Assembly (NCBI GenBank): GCA_963712745.1
Contig: CAVQJC010000011.1
Location: 337,241 to 401,240 of the forward strand
Length of the DNA: 64,000 nucleotides
Origin: an uncultured Chloroflexia bacterium
Lineage (GTDB): Bacteria; Chloroflexota; Limnocylindria; Limnocylindrales; CSP1-4
Reading direction: 5' to 3'
Numbering within the stretch: position 1 is the first letter of the stretch; each line of letters starts with the position of its first letter. A program made the position numbers and the translations under genes. Shown here one piece after another: positions 1-8,838 of this stretch. The notes beneath the pieces were generated by a model. That model saw only the letters and a program-made list of their open reading frames with translations, made no database searches and was not told the DNA's origin.

Positions 1-2217
1 GGCGAGTCGCATCCACTGGCCCGGCTGCAGGCCGACGTCGAGCGCGACTTCACCGTCGACCGAGTCACCCTCACCGGCCTTGCCGACGCCGACGTCGCGA
101 GCATGCTCGACGAGATGTTCGGTTGGTCGCCGCCGGTCACGGTCGCCCACGGCCTGCGCGAGGAGACCGAGGGCAACCCGTTCTTCCTGCAGGAGGTCAT
201 CCATCAGCTCCACGAGACCGGCATCGCGGACGACCGCGAACGCCTGCTGCGGGGGCACCTCGTCTCGGATGGGATGGGGGTTCCCGAGCGGGTCCGGGAC
301 TTCGTGGCCAGGCGCATGCAGCGGCTTTCGACAGGCGCGCTCGAGATCCTCGCGGTCGCGGCCGTGGTGGGCACGGAGTTCGGCCTCGACATCCTCGCTA
401 GCGTCCTCTCGGCAGACCCCGACCGACTCGTCGACGATCTCGAGGAGGCCGTCGAGGCGCGGCTCGTGGTAGAGGTTCCCGGTCGGCTCGGCACGTACTC
501 CTTCGCCCATGCATTCTTCCAGGGCGCTCTCCATGAACGTCAGGGCGCCAATCGGCGTGCGCTGCTCCACGCGCGTGTGGCTGAGGCCATCGAGGATCTG
601 CAGCCCGATGACCCCACGACGCTCTCAGAACTCGCGCGCCACTACGCGTTGACCGCCGGTCGCTACGCGCAGAAGGTCGTCCACTACGGCGCGGCTGCCG
701 GCGATCGTGCGTTCGCGCAGCTAGCCTTCGAGGACGCCATCGCGGAGTACACCCGTGCGCTCGACGCACTCCCGCTGGTGGCTACTGCCCCCGAGTCGAC
801 CCAGGCCAACCTGCTCGTGCGCTTGGGTGAAGCCCAGACGCGTGTCGGTGACGCCGCGGCGGCCAAGGGATACTTCCTCGCGGCGGCCGATCTCTGCGTC
901 AGGGAGAACTCGTTCGAACCCCTCGCGCGCGCCGCACTGGGCTACGGGGGGACCGGCAAGTTCGGAGCGATCTTCGACCCATTCGGAGTCGTCAACGAGA
1001 CGCTGGTCGATCTGCTCGAGCACGCCATCGCGGCTTGCCCGAGTGGCCAGGAACACGACCGCGTCCGACTGCTGGGCTGGCTGGCCCAGGCGCTCTACTG
1101 GTCGGACCAGGACGAGCGCCGGCATGTGCTGAGCCAGGAGGCGCTCGACACCGCACGCCGGATCGGCGAGCCCGCGGTCATCGCCCACGCCCTCCACAGC
1201 CGGCATGTCGCGCTGTGGGGGCCCGGCCACCTGCCTGAGCTTCGGGCGGCCGCCGAGGAGATGCTCGCGCTAGGCCGGTCCCTGGGCGATCGCGACATCC
1301 AGCTGAAGGCCTACACCTGGCTCATCACCGACGCCCTGCAGACAGATCCCATCGAGGTCGTGGACGGGTACATCGCGGACTATGCGGGCCTCGCAGAGGA
1401 GTTGCATCGACCGTACTTGCTGGGGTACGCCGAATCGATGCGCGCGGCGCGAGCGCACCTGGAAGGGCGATTCGACGACATGATGCGGTCGATGTCTGCG
1501 CAACTCGCGCACTCCGAGGGTGCCGATGCTGATCGCGCGCAGGAGGCCCATCGCTGGCAGATGGGACTGTTCATGCTGGACCTCGATCGTGTCGACGACG
1601 CCTTGATAGGCACCCTCGCGGAACAGAGTGCACGCTATCCGGGACTGACCTTCGACGTGATGCTGGCGCTGGCCTACGCCATCGTCGACCTCCGCGAGGA
1701 AGCCTGGGTGAAGCTGGCCCGGCTGGCGCCCGAGGATCTGGCCTCGATCCCCAGGGACTGCATGTGGGCCGGCACGATGGCCATGCTCTCGAGGGTCGTC
1801 TACAAGCTTGGGGCGGTCGAGTACGCGCGACCCCTCTACGACCTCTTGGCCCCCTACGCTGAGCGCAACAGCATCTGGGGTTCAGGATTCATCGTCTTTG
1901 GCCCCACCAGTCGGTTCCTGGGCCTGCTCGCGACCACCTTCGGCGAACCGGACCTGGCCATCCCTCGCCTCGAACACGCGATCCAGCGCTGCCAGGACCT
2001 CCACTCGCCCCCACTGGCGGCACGAGTGAGGACCGACATGGCGAGAGCGTTCCTGGCACGTGGCGCCGACGGCGACGTGGAGCGGGCCCGTCGGTCGCTC
2101 GAGGACGCCCGGCTCACCGCTGCGGAGCTTGGCTTGTCCGGCCTGGGACAGGAGGTAGTCGACCTCCTGTCGACTGCCACGCTGCCGGGCGCGCGCACGG
2201 CCTCGGATGCCACTTGA
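1..2217 (+). CDS. STAND/AAA ATPase-TPR regulator, 5'-truncated by the window edge; paralog of the next gene
   Basis: Frame 1 is open from base 1 (GESHPLARLQADVERD...) and aligns throughout with the C-terminal ~740 aa of 2280-5705 (TEGNPFF, YSFAHA, helical repeats). Confidence 0.85.
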   Translation, partial: GESHPLARLQADVERDFTVDRVTLTGLADADVASMLDEMFGWSPPVTVAHGLREETEGNPFFLQEVIHQLHETGIADDRERLLRGHLVSDGMGVPERVRDFVARRMQRLSTGALEILAVAAVVGTEFGLDILASVLSADPDRLVDDLEEAVEARLVVEVPGRLGTYSFAHAFFQGALHERQGANRRALLHARVAEAIEDLQPDDPTTLSELARHYALTAGRYAQKVVHYGAAAGDRAFAQLAFEDAIAEYTRALDALPLVATAPESTQANLLVRLGEAQTRVGDAAAAKGYFLAAADLCVRENSFEPLARAALGYGGTGKFGAIFDPFGVVNETLVDLLEHAIAACPSGQEHDRVRLLGWLAQALYWSDQDERRHVLSQEALDTARRIGEPAVIAHALHSRHVALWGPGHLPELRAAAEEMLALGRSLGDRDIQLKAYTWLITDALQTDPIEVVDGYIADYAGLAEELHRPYLLGYAESMRAARAHLEGRFDDMMRSMSAQLAHSEGADADRAQEAHRWQMGLFMLDLDRVDDALIGTLAEQSARYPGLTFDVMLALAYAIVDLREEAWVKLARLAPEDLASIPRDCMWAGTMAMLSRVVYKLGAVEYARPLYDLLAPYAERNSIWGSGFIVFGPTSRFLGLLATTFGEPDLAIPRLEHAIQRCQDLHSPPLAARVRTDMARAFLARGADGDVERARRSLEDARLTAAELGLSGLGQEVVDLLSTATLPGARTASDAT

Positions 2218-2279
2218 GCGGCGACGAGGAGCGGGCTAGGCTGGCACTCACGCGGGACGCTACGTGCGAGGGAGGGCGG

Positions 2280-5200
2280 ATGACGCCGAGGCAGCCCCGG
2301 TTCGATGTCGATGAGGCCGATCTACCGTCGGCTGAACCTGCATCCCTGGGCGACGGTCACGGGCCATCCCAGCTGGTCACCTGCCTGGTCATCGACCTCG
2401 CCGAGTCGAACGCGGTCCTTGAGCGGCTCGGCGAGGGGCGTGGGGATGCCTCGCGTAGCGCATACCCGACGCTTCTGCGCAACGCTCTTGTCGCTCAGCA
2501 TGGCCGGGAGCTTTCACGCCGCGACGATCGCGTGCTGGCTGCGTTCGACGTGCCTACGGAGGCCGTGGCCTGTGCCGTGGCCGTGGTGCGCTCAGCCGAG
2601 CGGCACAACCGGCGGCAGGCTGGCAGGCTCGACGTCCGCGTCGGGATCCAGATCGGCGAAGCTGACGAAGCGGCGTTGACCTCCGAGCGCGGCGACCTCA
2701 TCGCTCGTCCCGCGATACAAGCAGCGCAATTGTGCGCTGCAGCCGCCGACGGCCAGATCCTGGTCTCCGATCTGGTGGCGGTCCTGACCCGCGCCGACTT
2801 GTCCATCCGCTTCGAGCGCGCCGGCCTCCTCGACATCGCCGAGGCGACCGATCCGTTGCCCACCTTCGAGGTGGTCCACCGCGAGCTTCCCAGCGACCGC
2901 CCGCCGTTGCCGCCGGGGCTGGCTGCGCGGCCCTCCGGCCGCTGTTCGTTCGTGGGCCGCGGAGCGGAGCGCGAACACCTGTTGAGGCTGTGGGCCGCGG
3001 CCGCCGACGGCGAGCGCCGCCTGGTCTTCGCGCTGGGCGAGCCCGGCATCGGCAAGAGCCGTCTGGCGGCCGAGTTCGCGGCCGAAGCGCACGCCGACGG
3101 GGCCGTCGTACTCTCCGGCCGCTCGTTCGAGGAGTCGATCGTCCCCTACCAGCCATTCGTCGAGGCCCTGCGTCAGTACGTCGCCGACTGCGATCCTGCC
3201 GGGCTCGAGGCACAGCTGAGCCCCGACCCGACCGCGCTCCTGACGCTCGTGCCGGAGCTCGCGGCTCGCATCCCGTCGCCCGCGACCCGCGAAACGAACG
3301 AGGGCGATCGCTACCGGCTATTCGATGCGGTCGCCGCCTTGCTCTCGACCATCTCCGTCAGTTCGCCGGTGCTGCTCGTGCTCGACGACCTGCAGTGGGC
3401 CGATCCGGCCACACTGCTCCTGCTCAAGCACATCGCGCTCGATCCACGCCCCGCCTCGATGCTCATCCTTGGGCTCTACCGCGACACCGAGGTCGGGATG
3501 TCGCACCCGCTGACCCAGCTGCAGGCCGACGTCGAGCGGGATCTCGCCATCGACCGCGTCTCGCTGGCCGGCCTTGCCGACGCCGACGTCGCCAGCATGC
3601 TCGACGAGATGATCGGCTGGTCACCACCATCAGCCGTGGCCCGTGGGCTACGCGAAGAGACCGAGGGCAATCCGTTCTTCCTGCAGGAGGTCATCCACCA
3701 GCTCGACGAGTCGGGTATCACGACCGACCGCGAACGCCTGCTTCGCGGGCACCTCGTCTCGGGGGGGCTCGAGGTACCCGATCGCGTCCGGGACTTCGTC
3801 GCCCGGCGCCTGCAGCGTCTTGCGCCCGCTGCGCTCGAGATCCTCGGCGCGGCCGCGATTGTGGGCACGGAGTTCAGCCTCGACGTCCTTGCACGGGTGC
3901 TGGTGGCCGATCCGAGCCGACTCGTCGACGACCTCGAGGAGGCCGTGGAGGCACGCCTGGTCATCGAGATCCCCGGTCGCGCCGGCACGTACGCCTTCAC
4001 GCATGCGCTCTTCCAGCAGACGCTCCACGACCGGCACGGCAGCAACCGACGGGCCTCGCTCCATGCGCGCGTGGCCGATGCCATCGAGACGCTGCACCCG
4101 GACGATCCATCGGCGCTGTCGGACCTGGCCCGGCACTACGCACTGACCGCCGGACGCTACGCGGAGAAGGTCGTCCTCTACGGTGCAGCGGCTGGTGACC
4201 GCGCCTTCGCGCAGCTGGCGTACGAAGATGCGCTACAGGAGTACGGCCGGGCGCTCGACGCGCTTCCGCTGGTGGCTTCGGCCGACGAGCTGACAAAGGC
4301 TGACCTGCTGGTGCGTCTGGGTGAGGCCCAGACGCGTGTCGGCGACGCGGCAGCTGCCAAGCGGTCCTTCCTCGCGGCCGCCGAACACTGCGTCGACGAG
4401 GGCTCGTCCAGCATCCTCGCTCGGGCTGCACTGGGCTACGGGGGCACCGGCAAGTTCGGCGGCATCTTCGATTCCTTCCAGGTGGTCAACGAGACCCTGG
4501 TGGGTCTGCTCGAGCGTGCCATCGAGGCCTGTCCGCACGACGAGCAAGCCACACGCGTCCGACTGCTGGGACGCCTGGCACAGGCGCTGTACTGGTCGGA
4601 CGACCGGGAGCGCATGCTCACGCTGAGCCAGGAGGCACTCGACTCCGCTCGCTGCATCGGCGACCCTACGGTCATCGCTCATGCCCTCCACAGCCGCCAT
4701 GTCGCGCTGTGGCATCCCGACCACCTCCCGCAGATCCGCGCGGCTGCCGAGGAGATGCTCGCGCTGGGCGAGTCGGAGGGCGACCGGGACATCCAGCTGA
4801 AGGCCTACACCTGGCTCATCACCGACGCCTTGGAGACCGATCCATTCGAGGTCGTGGACCAGTACGTCGCGGGCTATGTCGGGCTTGCCGAGGAGCTCCA
4901 CCGGCCCTACCTGCTTGGATACGCGGACGCCATCCGCGCAGCACGCGCACATCTCGAGGGTCGTTTCGACGAGATGGCCCGGCTGATGGGCGCCCAGCTC
5001 GCCCATACCGATGGGGCCTACGCGCGCCGCGCGAAGGAGGCGCACCGCTGGCAGCTGGGGTTGCTCCTGCTGGACATCGGTCGTGTCGACGATGCCCTGA
5101 TCGTCGAGCTCTCCGAGCGTGCGGCCCGTCACCCGGGGCCCACGTTCAGGGCGATGCTGGCGTTGGCCTACGCTACAGTGGACCGCCGGGACGAAGCCGC

Positions 5201-5705
5201 CGCGGAGCTGGCCGGGTTGGCCAACGGAGACCTTGGCTCGATCGCGAGGGATTGCATGTGGGCAGCCACGCTGGCCATGCTTGCGCGGGTCGTCTCTAGG
5301 CTCGAGGCGGTCGAGCACGCCCGTTCCCTGTACGACCTGCTTGCGCCCTATGCCGACCGCAACTGCCTGTGGGGCTCCGGGTTCATGATCCTGGGACCCA
5401 TCAGCCGCTATCTGGGCAGGCTGGCCACGACATTCGGCGAGCCCGACCAGGCTCTGGCGCACCTCGAGCATGCACTTGGACGCTGCCACGAACTGGGCTC
5501 GCCTCCGCTGATCGCGAGGACGAAGGTCTCGATGGCGCGGGCGCTGTCACGACGCGGCCTCGAAGGCGATGAGGCGCGCGCGCGCATCCTGCTCGCGGAA
5601 GCGAGCCGTAGTGCTTCCGAGATGGGGATGCCCGGGCTGGCCGATAGTTGCAGGCAAGTGTTCGCGGAGATCGGACCCCGCGTGAGCGAGGCCCCAGCCC
5701 GATGA
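2280..5705 (+). CDS. Class III cyclase-like domain + AAA_16 (STAND) ATPase + TPR-like repeats
   Basis: Cyclase-like segments (CLVIDL, VRVGIQIGE, GQILVS), Walker A GEPGIGKS, Walker B LLVLDDLQWAD and GNPFF. ATG 2280 follows GGGAGG; the ORF is open from TTG 2214. Confidence 0.85.
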   Translation: MTPRQPRFDVDEADLPSAEPASLGDGHGPSQLVTCLVIDLAESNAVLERLGEGRGDASRSAYPTLLRNALVAQHGRELSRRDDRVLAAFDVPTEAVACAVAVVRSAERHNRRQAGRLDVRVGIQIGEADEAALTSERGDLIARPAIQAAQLCAAAADGQILVSDLVAVLTRADLSIRFERAGLLDIAEATDPLPTFEVVHRELPSDRPPLPPGLAARPSGRCSFVGRGAEREHLLRLWAAAADGERRLVFALGEPGIGKSRLAAEFAAEAHADGAVVLSGRSFEESIVPYQPFVEALRQYVADCDPAGLEAQLSPDPTALLTLVPELAARIPSPATRETNEGDRYRLFDAVAALLSTISVSSPVLLVLDDLQWADPATLLLLKHIALDPRPASMLILGLYRDTEVGMSHPLTQLQADVERDLAIDRVSLAGLADADVASMLDEMIGWSPPSAVARGLREETEGNPFFLQEVIHQLDESGITTDRERLLRGHLVSGGLEVPDRVRDFVARRLQRLAPAALEILGAAAIVGTEFSLDVLARVLVADPSRLVDDLEEAVEARLVIEIPGRAGTYAFTHALFQQTLHDRHGSNRRASLHARVADAIETLHPDDPSALSDLARHYALTAGRYAEKVVLYGAAAGDRAFAQLAYEDALQEYGRALDALPLVASADELTKADLLVRLGEAQTRVGDAAAAKRSFLAAAEHCVDEGSSSILARAALGYGGTGKFGGIFDSFQVVNETLVGLLERAIEACPHDEQATRVRLLGRLAQALYWSDDRERMLTLSQEALDSARCIGDPTVIAHALHSRHVALWHPDHLPQIRAAAEEMLALGESEGDRDIQLKAYTWLITDALETDPFEVVDQYVAGYVGLAEELHRPYLLGYADAIRAARAHLEGRFDEMARLMGAQLAHTDGAYARRAKEAHRWQLGLLLLDIGRVDDALIVELSERAARHPGPTFRAMLALAYATVDRRDEAAAELAGLANGDLGSIARDCMWAATLAMLARVVSRLEAVEHARSLYDLLAPYADRNCLWGSGFMILGPISRYLGRLATTFGEPDQALAHLEHALGRCHELGSPPLIARTKVSMARALSRRGLEGDEARARILLAEASRSASEMGMPGLADSCRQVFAEIGPRVSEAPAR

Positions 5706-7312
5706 GCGAGTCTGGAGCGGCGGGCGCCGCACTCACCATCGCGGACGAGGTGGAGCGCATCGCACCAGGCGCGACCTGGCGGGAGCTGTGCCGATGGCCG
5801 CCCGACGTCTTCGCAGCCACCGGTTCGATCCTGGCGGACTCGGGCGCCTACCGCAGCGTTGTCTGCCCACCGGAGGGGAGGTCTTGGCCGCCGCCGATCG
5901 ATGGCGATGGCGAGACGGAGTGGGAGCGGGCGATCCCGCGCGCGGGTGGCGAGTGGGCCGAGTGGTCCTCGGCGTCGGAGCTCATCGGCGATCCGCCGGC
6001 GCCTGTGGACCGGTTCGTCACTGCCCTTGACGCGGCCGGCGACACGCCCATCACTGAGCTCGACGAGCCGCCCAGCTGGGAGACGGTGACGGCGCTGTTC
6101 GGTCTCCATGCCATGGCCGACGAGGCCAGTGCCGGGGCTGGTCTCGACTCGGCCACGAAGTTCCAAAGAGTGGCCCTCGAGACGCTCGAGGCGACCGGCT
6201 CGCTCTCGCGCCTGCCCACCGATCGCGTGCGCGTGCTGCCCAAGCTCAGGCCCCCCGAATCCGGGATCACGCTGCGCTCGATCTCTCACAACCTTGCGCT
6301 CGATCGTTCGGAGGTGCGCACTACCTGGCTGCGGGCACCGGCACCACGGTCCAACGCTCCGGCCTCACAACGTGGTCGTCTGACGCTCCTGCTCGTGCCT
6401 TTCCCGTCCAACGTGCATGCCAATGACTTCCGTCCCGTCCGCGGTCCGCTGCTGAACATGGACAGCAGCCGCTACGGCTTCTTCGAGTACGCTCCCACCG
6501 AGCCGCTCGACCTCGAACGCATCATCGCTCTGGTGAGGTCCGCGCAGCTGCGTGTCGGTGCCATCGACGCGGTCGTGCTGCCGGAGGCCGCCCTCGACGA
6601 ATCGGTCGTGGCGGATCTCCAGGAGCTCGTGTGCGGGGTCGGAGTCCCATATCTCATCGCCGGCGTCCGCCGGGCGGCGACCGAGGACGAGCCGTTCGCC
6701 ACGAACTACGCCTACTTTGGTGGCGCCGGCTGGCACGCGGCCCAGCACAAGCACCACCGCTGGTGCCTGGACCCGACCCAGGTGCACCAGTACCACCTTG
6801 GCGCGGCGCTCGAGCCGAACCACCGCTGGTGGGAGGCCATCCGCATCCAGCGGCGGAGTCTCAACTTCATCACCACCGCCGAGCCTGAGGGCCTGACCAT
6901 CTGCCCGCTCGTGTGCGAGGACCTCGCGCGGCCGGACCCGGTAACCGACGTCATCCGGGCAGTGGCGCCGACGCTGGTGGTCGGGCTCCTGCTCGATGGG
7001 CCGCAGCTGGTGGCTCGCTGGCCGGCACGCTACGCCAGCGTGCTCGCGGACGACCCGGGCAGCTCAGTGCTGACGCTGACCGCGCTGGGCATGGCCTGGC
7101 GCAGCCAGCCGTCGGGCTTCGACGCATCCCGCGTCATCGCCCTGTGGAAGGACCCGCACCGCGGCCTCCAGCAGATCGCCCTCGCTCGGGATGCGCGAGC
7201 GGTAGCGTTGACCGCGCACCGCCGTGAGGTGGAGGTGGTCTCGGCCGACGGACGTACGAGCTCGCATCCGGTCTCCGAGCTGGTCCTGTCGGGGCTGGAG
7301 CAGATCGATTGA
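5702..7312 (+). CDS. Nitrilase/carbon-nitrogen hydrolase-fold protein with an uncharacterised N-terminal domain
   Basis: Putative Glu-Lys-Cys triad in VVLPEAA, QHKHHRW and PLVCEDLAR. ATGA overlap with the upstream stop. Confidence 0.65.
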   Translation: MSESGAAGAALTIADEVERIAPGATWRELCRWPPDVFAATGSILADSGAYRSVVCPPEGRSWPPPIDGDGETEWERAIPRAGGEWAEWSSASELIGDPPAPVDRFVTALDAAGDTPITELDEPPSWETVTALFGLHAMADEASAGAGLDSATKFQRVALETLEATGSLSRLPTDRVRVLPKLRPPESGITLRSISHNLALDRSEVRTTWLRAPAPRSNAPASQRGRLTLLLVPFPSNVHANDFRPVRGPLLNMDSSRYGFFEYAPTEPLDLERIIALVRSAQLRVGAIDAVVLPEAALDESVVADLQELVCGVGVPYLIAGVRRAATEDEPFATNYAYFGGAGWHAAQHKHHRWCLDPTQVHQYHLGAALEPNHRWWEAIRIQRRSLNFITTAEPEGLTICPLVCEDLARPDPVTDVIRAVAPTLVVGLLLDGPQLVARWPARYASVLADDPGSSVLTLTALGMAWRSQPSGFDASRVIALWKDPHRGLQQIALARDARAVALTAHRREVEVVSADGRTSSHPVSELVLSGLEQID

Positions 7313-7478
7313 CTGCCCGCAGGCCAGTCGAGTTCGGACACCCGGTGACCGGCTGGTCGGGCGACCGGCCACGTGCCCTGAGAAGACTCCCCGCGTCCGA
7401 GACAGGGAGGGGCGGCGCCCGTGGGTCCGGGAGCCGCCTGGAGGAGGTCGCATAGGGGCGTTGGCGCCCCGGCATGCC

Positions 7479-8791
7479 CTACGCCAGCAGCTCTTGGGCC
7501 ACGGTAGCGGCCGTGGCGGCGTCCTTGGCGAAGCCGTCGGCCCTGATCTCGGCCGCGAACTCGTCGGTCACCGGGACGCCACCGACCATGACCTTGGCCG
7601 CGGGCGCCGCCGCGCGCATGGCGCTGACCGCGTCCTTCATGCCCATCATCGTGGTGGTCAGGAGGGCGCTGATGCCGACGATGTCGGCGCCGTGCTCCAC
7701 CGCGCTGTCGGCGAAGGCCGCGGGCCAGCCGTTGGTGACGAGATCGACGATCTCGTGCACGGTTTCATACAACTCGATGGTGTTCTCGATGGGCGTTTCG
7801 GGCAGAACGTAGTCGTGGCTGGGGGAGGCGACATAGCCGCCACCGGGCATCATGACCTCCAGGACCTCGCGAGTCCTGCTCCTCACGAGGTCGGGAGTGC
7901 CCTCGAGGACGAACTTGGTATCGATGCAGCCGTTCATCAGGATCCGGTCGCCGAACGCCGCCTTCAGTTCAGACGGCTCCATGCCCCCGGCGGATGGCTG
8001 CAGTGCCTGCAAGCCATCCAGGCCGATCTCGATCATCGTGGGGATGAGGGGCGCAAAGCCGCCGTAGCAATGCATCATCACCTTCAGGCCGTAGTCATGA
8101 CCGAGCTCCACCAGGCGCTTCAGGTGCGGGGCGAAGAAGCGACGGAAGGTGGCTTCGCTCATCAGCGGCCCGTTCATGCCGCCGAAATCGTTGCCGATGA
8201 AGAAGATGTCGATGAGATCGGCCGCCGCGTCGAAGATGCGCTCGCTGACCCCGAAGTAGTAGTCCACGATGTCCTCGTGGAGGGCTTCCACCAGCTCGGG
8301 TTCCTCGTACATCTTGACGAGGAGGTTCTCCATGTCGAGCAGGTCGATGGCGTCGCGCCAGAAGGGGGACCAGTCCCCCCAGGATCGCGTACTCCCCCTG
8401 CCAGTCTCCGATCTCCGCCCGGATGCCAGCGGCACTCATCCAGGCCGGATCGGGCCAGGGATAGTCGTGCACCTCTCGTAGCGTGGCGCCGGCTAGCGGG
8501 TGACTCCGGGGCATGCCACAGCCGTAACCGTGCCGCTCCACGCCGAAGGGCAAGCGCTACGTGAAGCCCGGGGCCAGGTTCGCATCGGGGCCGGATCCGA
8601 TAGGCCCCGCGTAGGTCGCGTGCACGCGCCTGAAGTCATCTCCCAGGAAGACCGACAGGGCTTCGTCATCCGGCAACCCCAGGTGGTCGAACATCGCCTG
8701 CCTGGTCTCAGGGGCAGCGCCGAACCATGCTGGCACCGCGGTCCGGTTCCTCGAAGGCGAAGGCTGCCAACACGCGGTCCCTGGATGTCAT
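7479..8791 (-). pseudogene. UroD/MtaA-family methyltransferase pseudogene fused to the C-terminal half of a B12-binding domain
   Basis: Starts MTSRDRVLAAFAFEEPDR (ATG 8791). Frameshifts at ~8737 and ~8376 and an in-frame TAG at 8557-8559. UroD motifs (GNDFG, GGGYVASPSH), then GADIVGISALLTTT..KVMVGG without the DxHxxG motif. Confidence 0.8.
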
Positions 8792-8838
8792 GGTGCCCCA
8801 TCAGCCACGTCAGTCCCCCTCGCTGCGCCCCGTATCCA

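Noticed and set aside
2732-4198. Long alternative-frame and antisense ORFs (also 26639-28267, 39144-40787, 48573-50201)
   Set aside because: These are shadow ORFs expected in high-GC coding DNA. They overlap well-supported genes and have no motifs.
8557-8559. In-frame TAG in a methyltransferase gene as pyrrolysine
   Set aside because: Pyl occurs in MttB/MtbB/MtmB families, not UroD. The gene has other lesions, TAC to TAG explains it, and no pyl genes are in the window.
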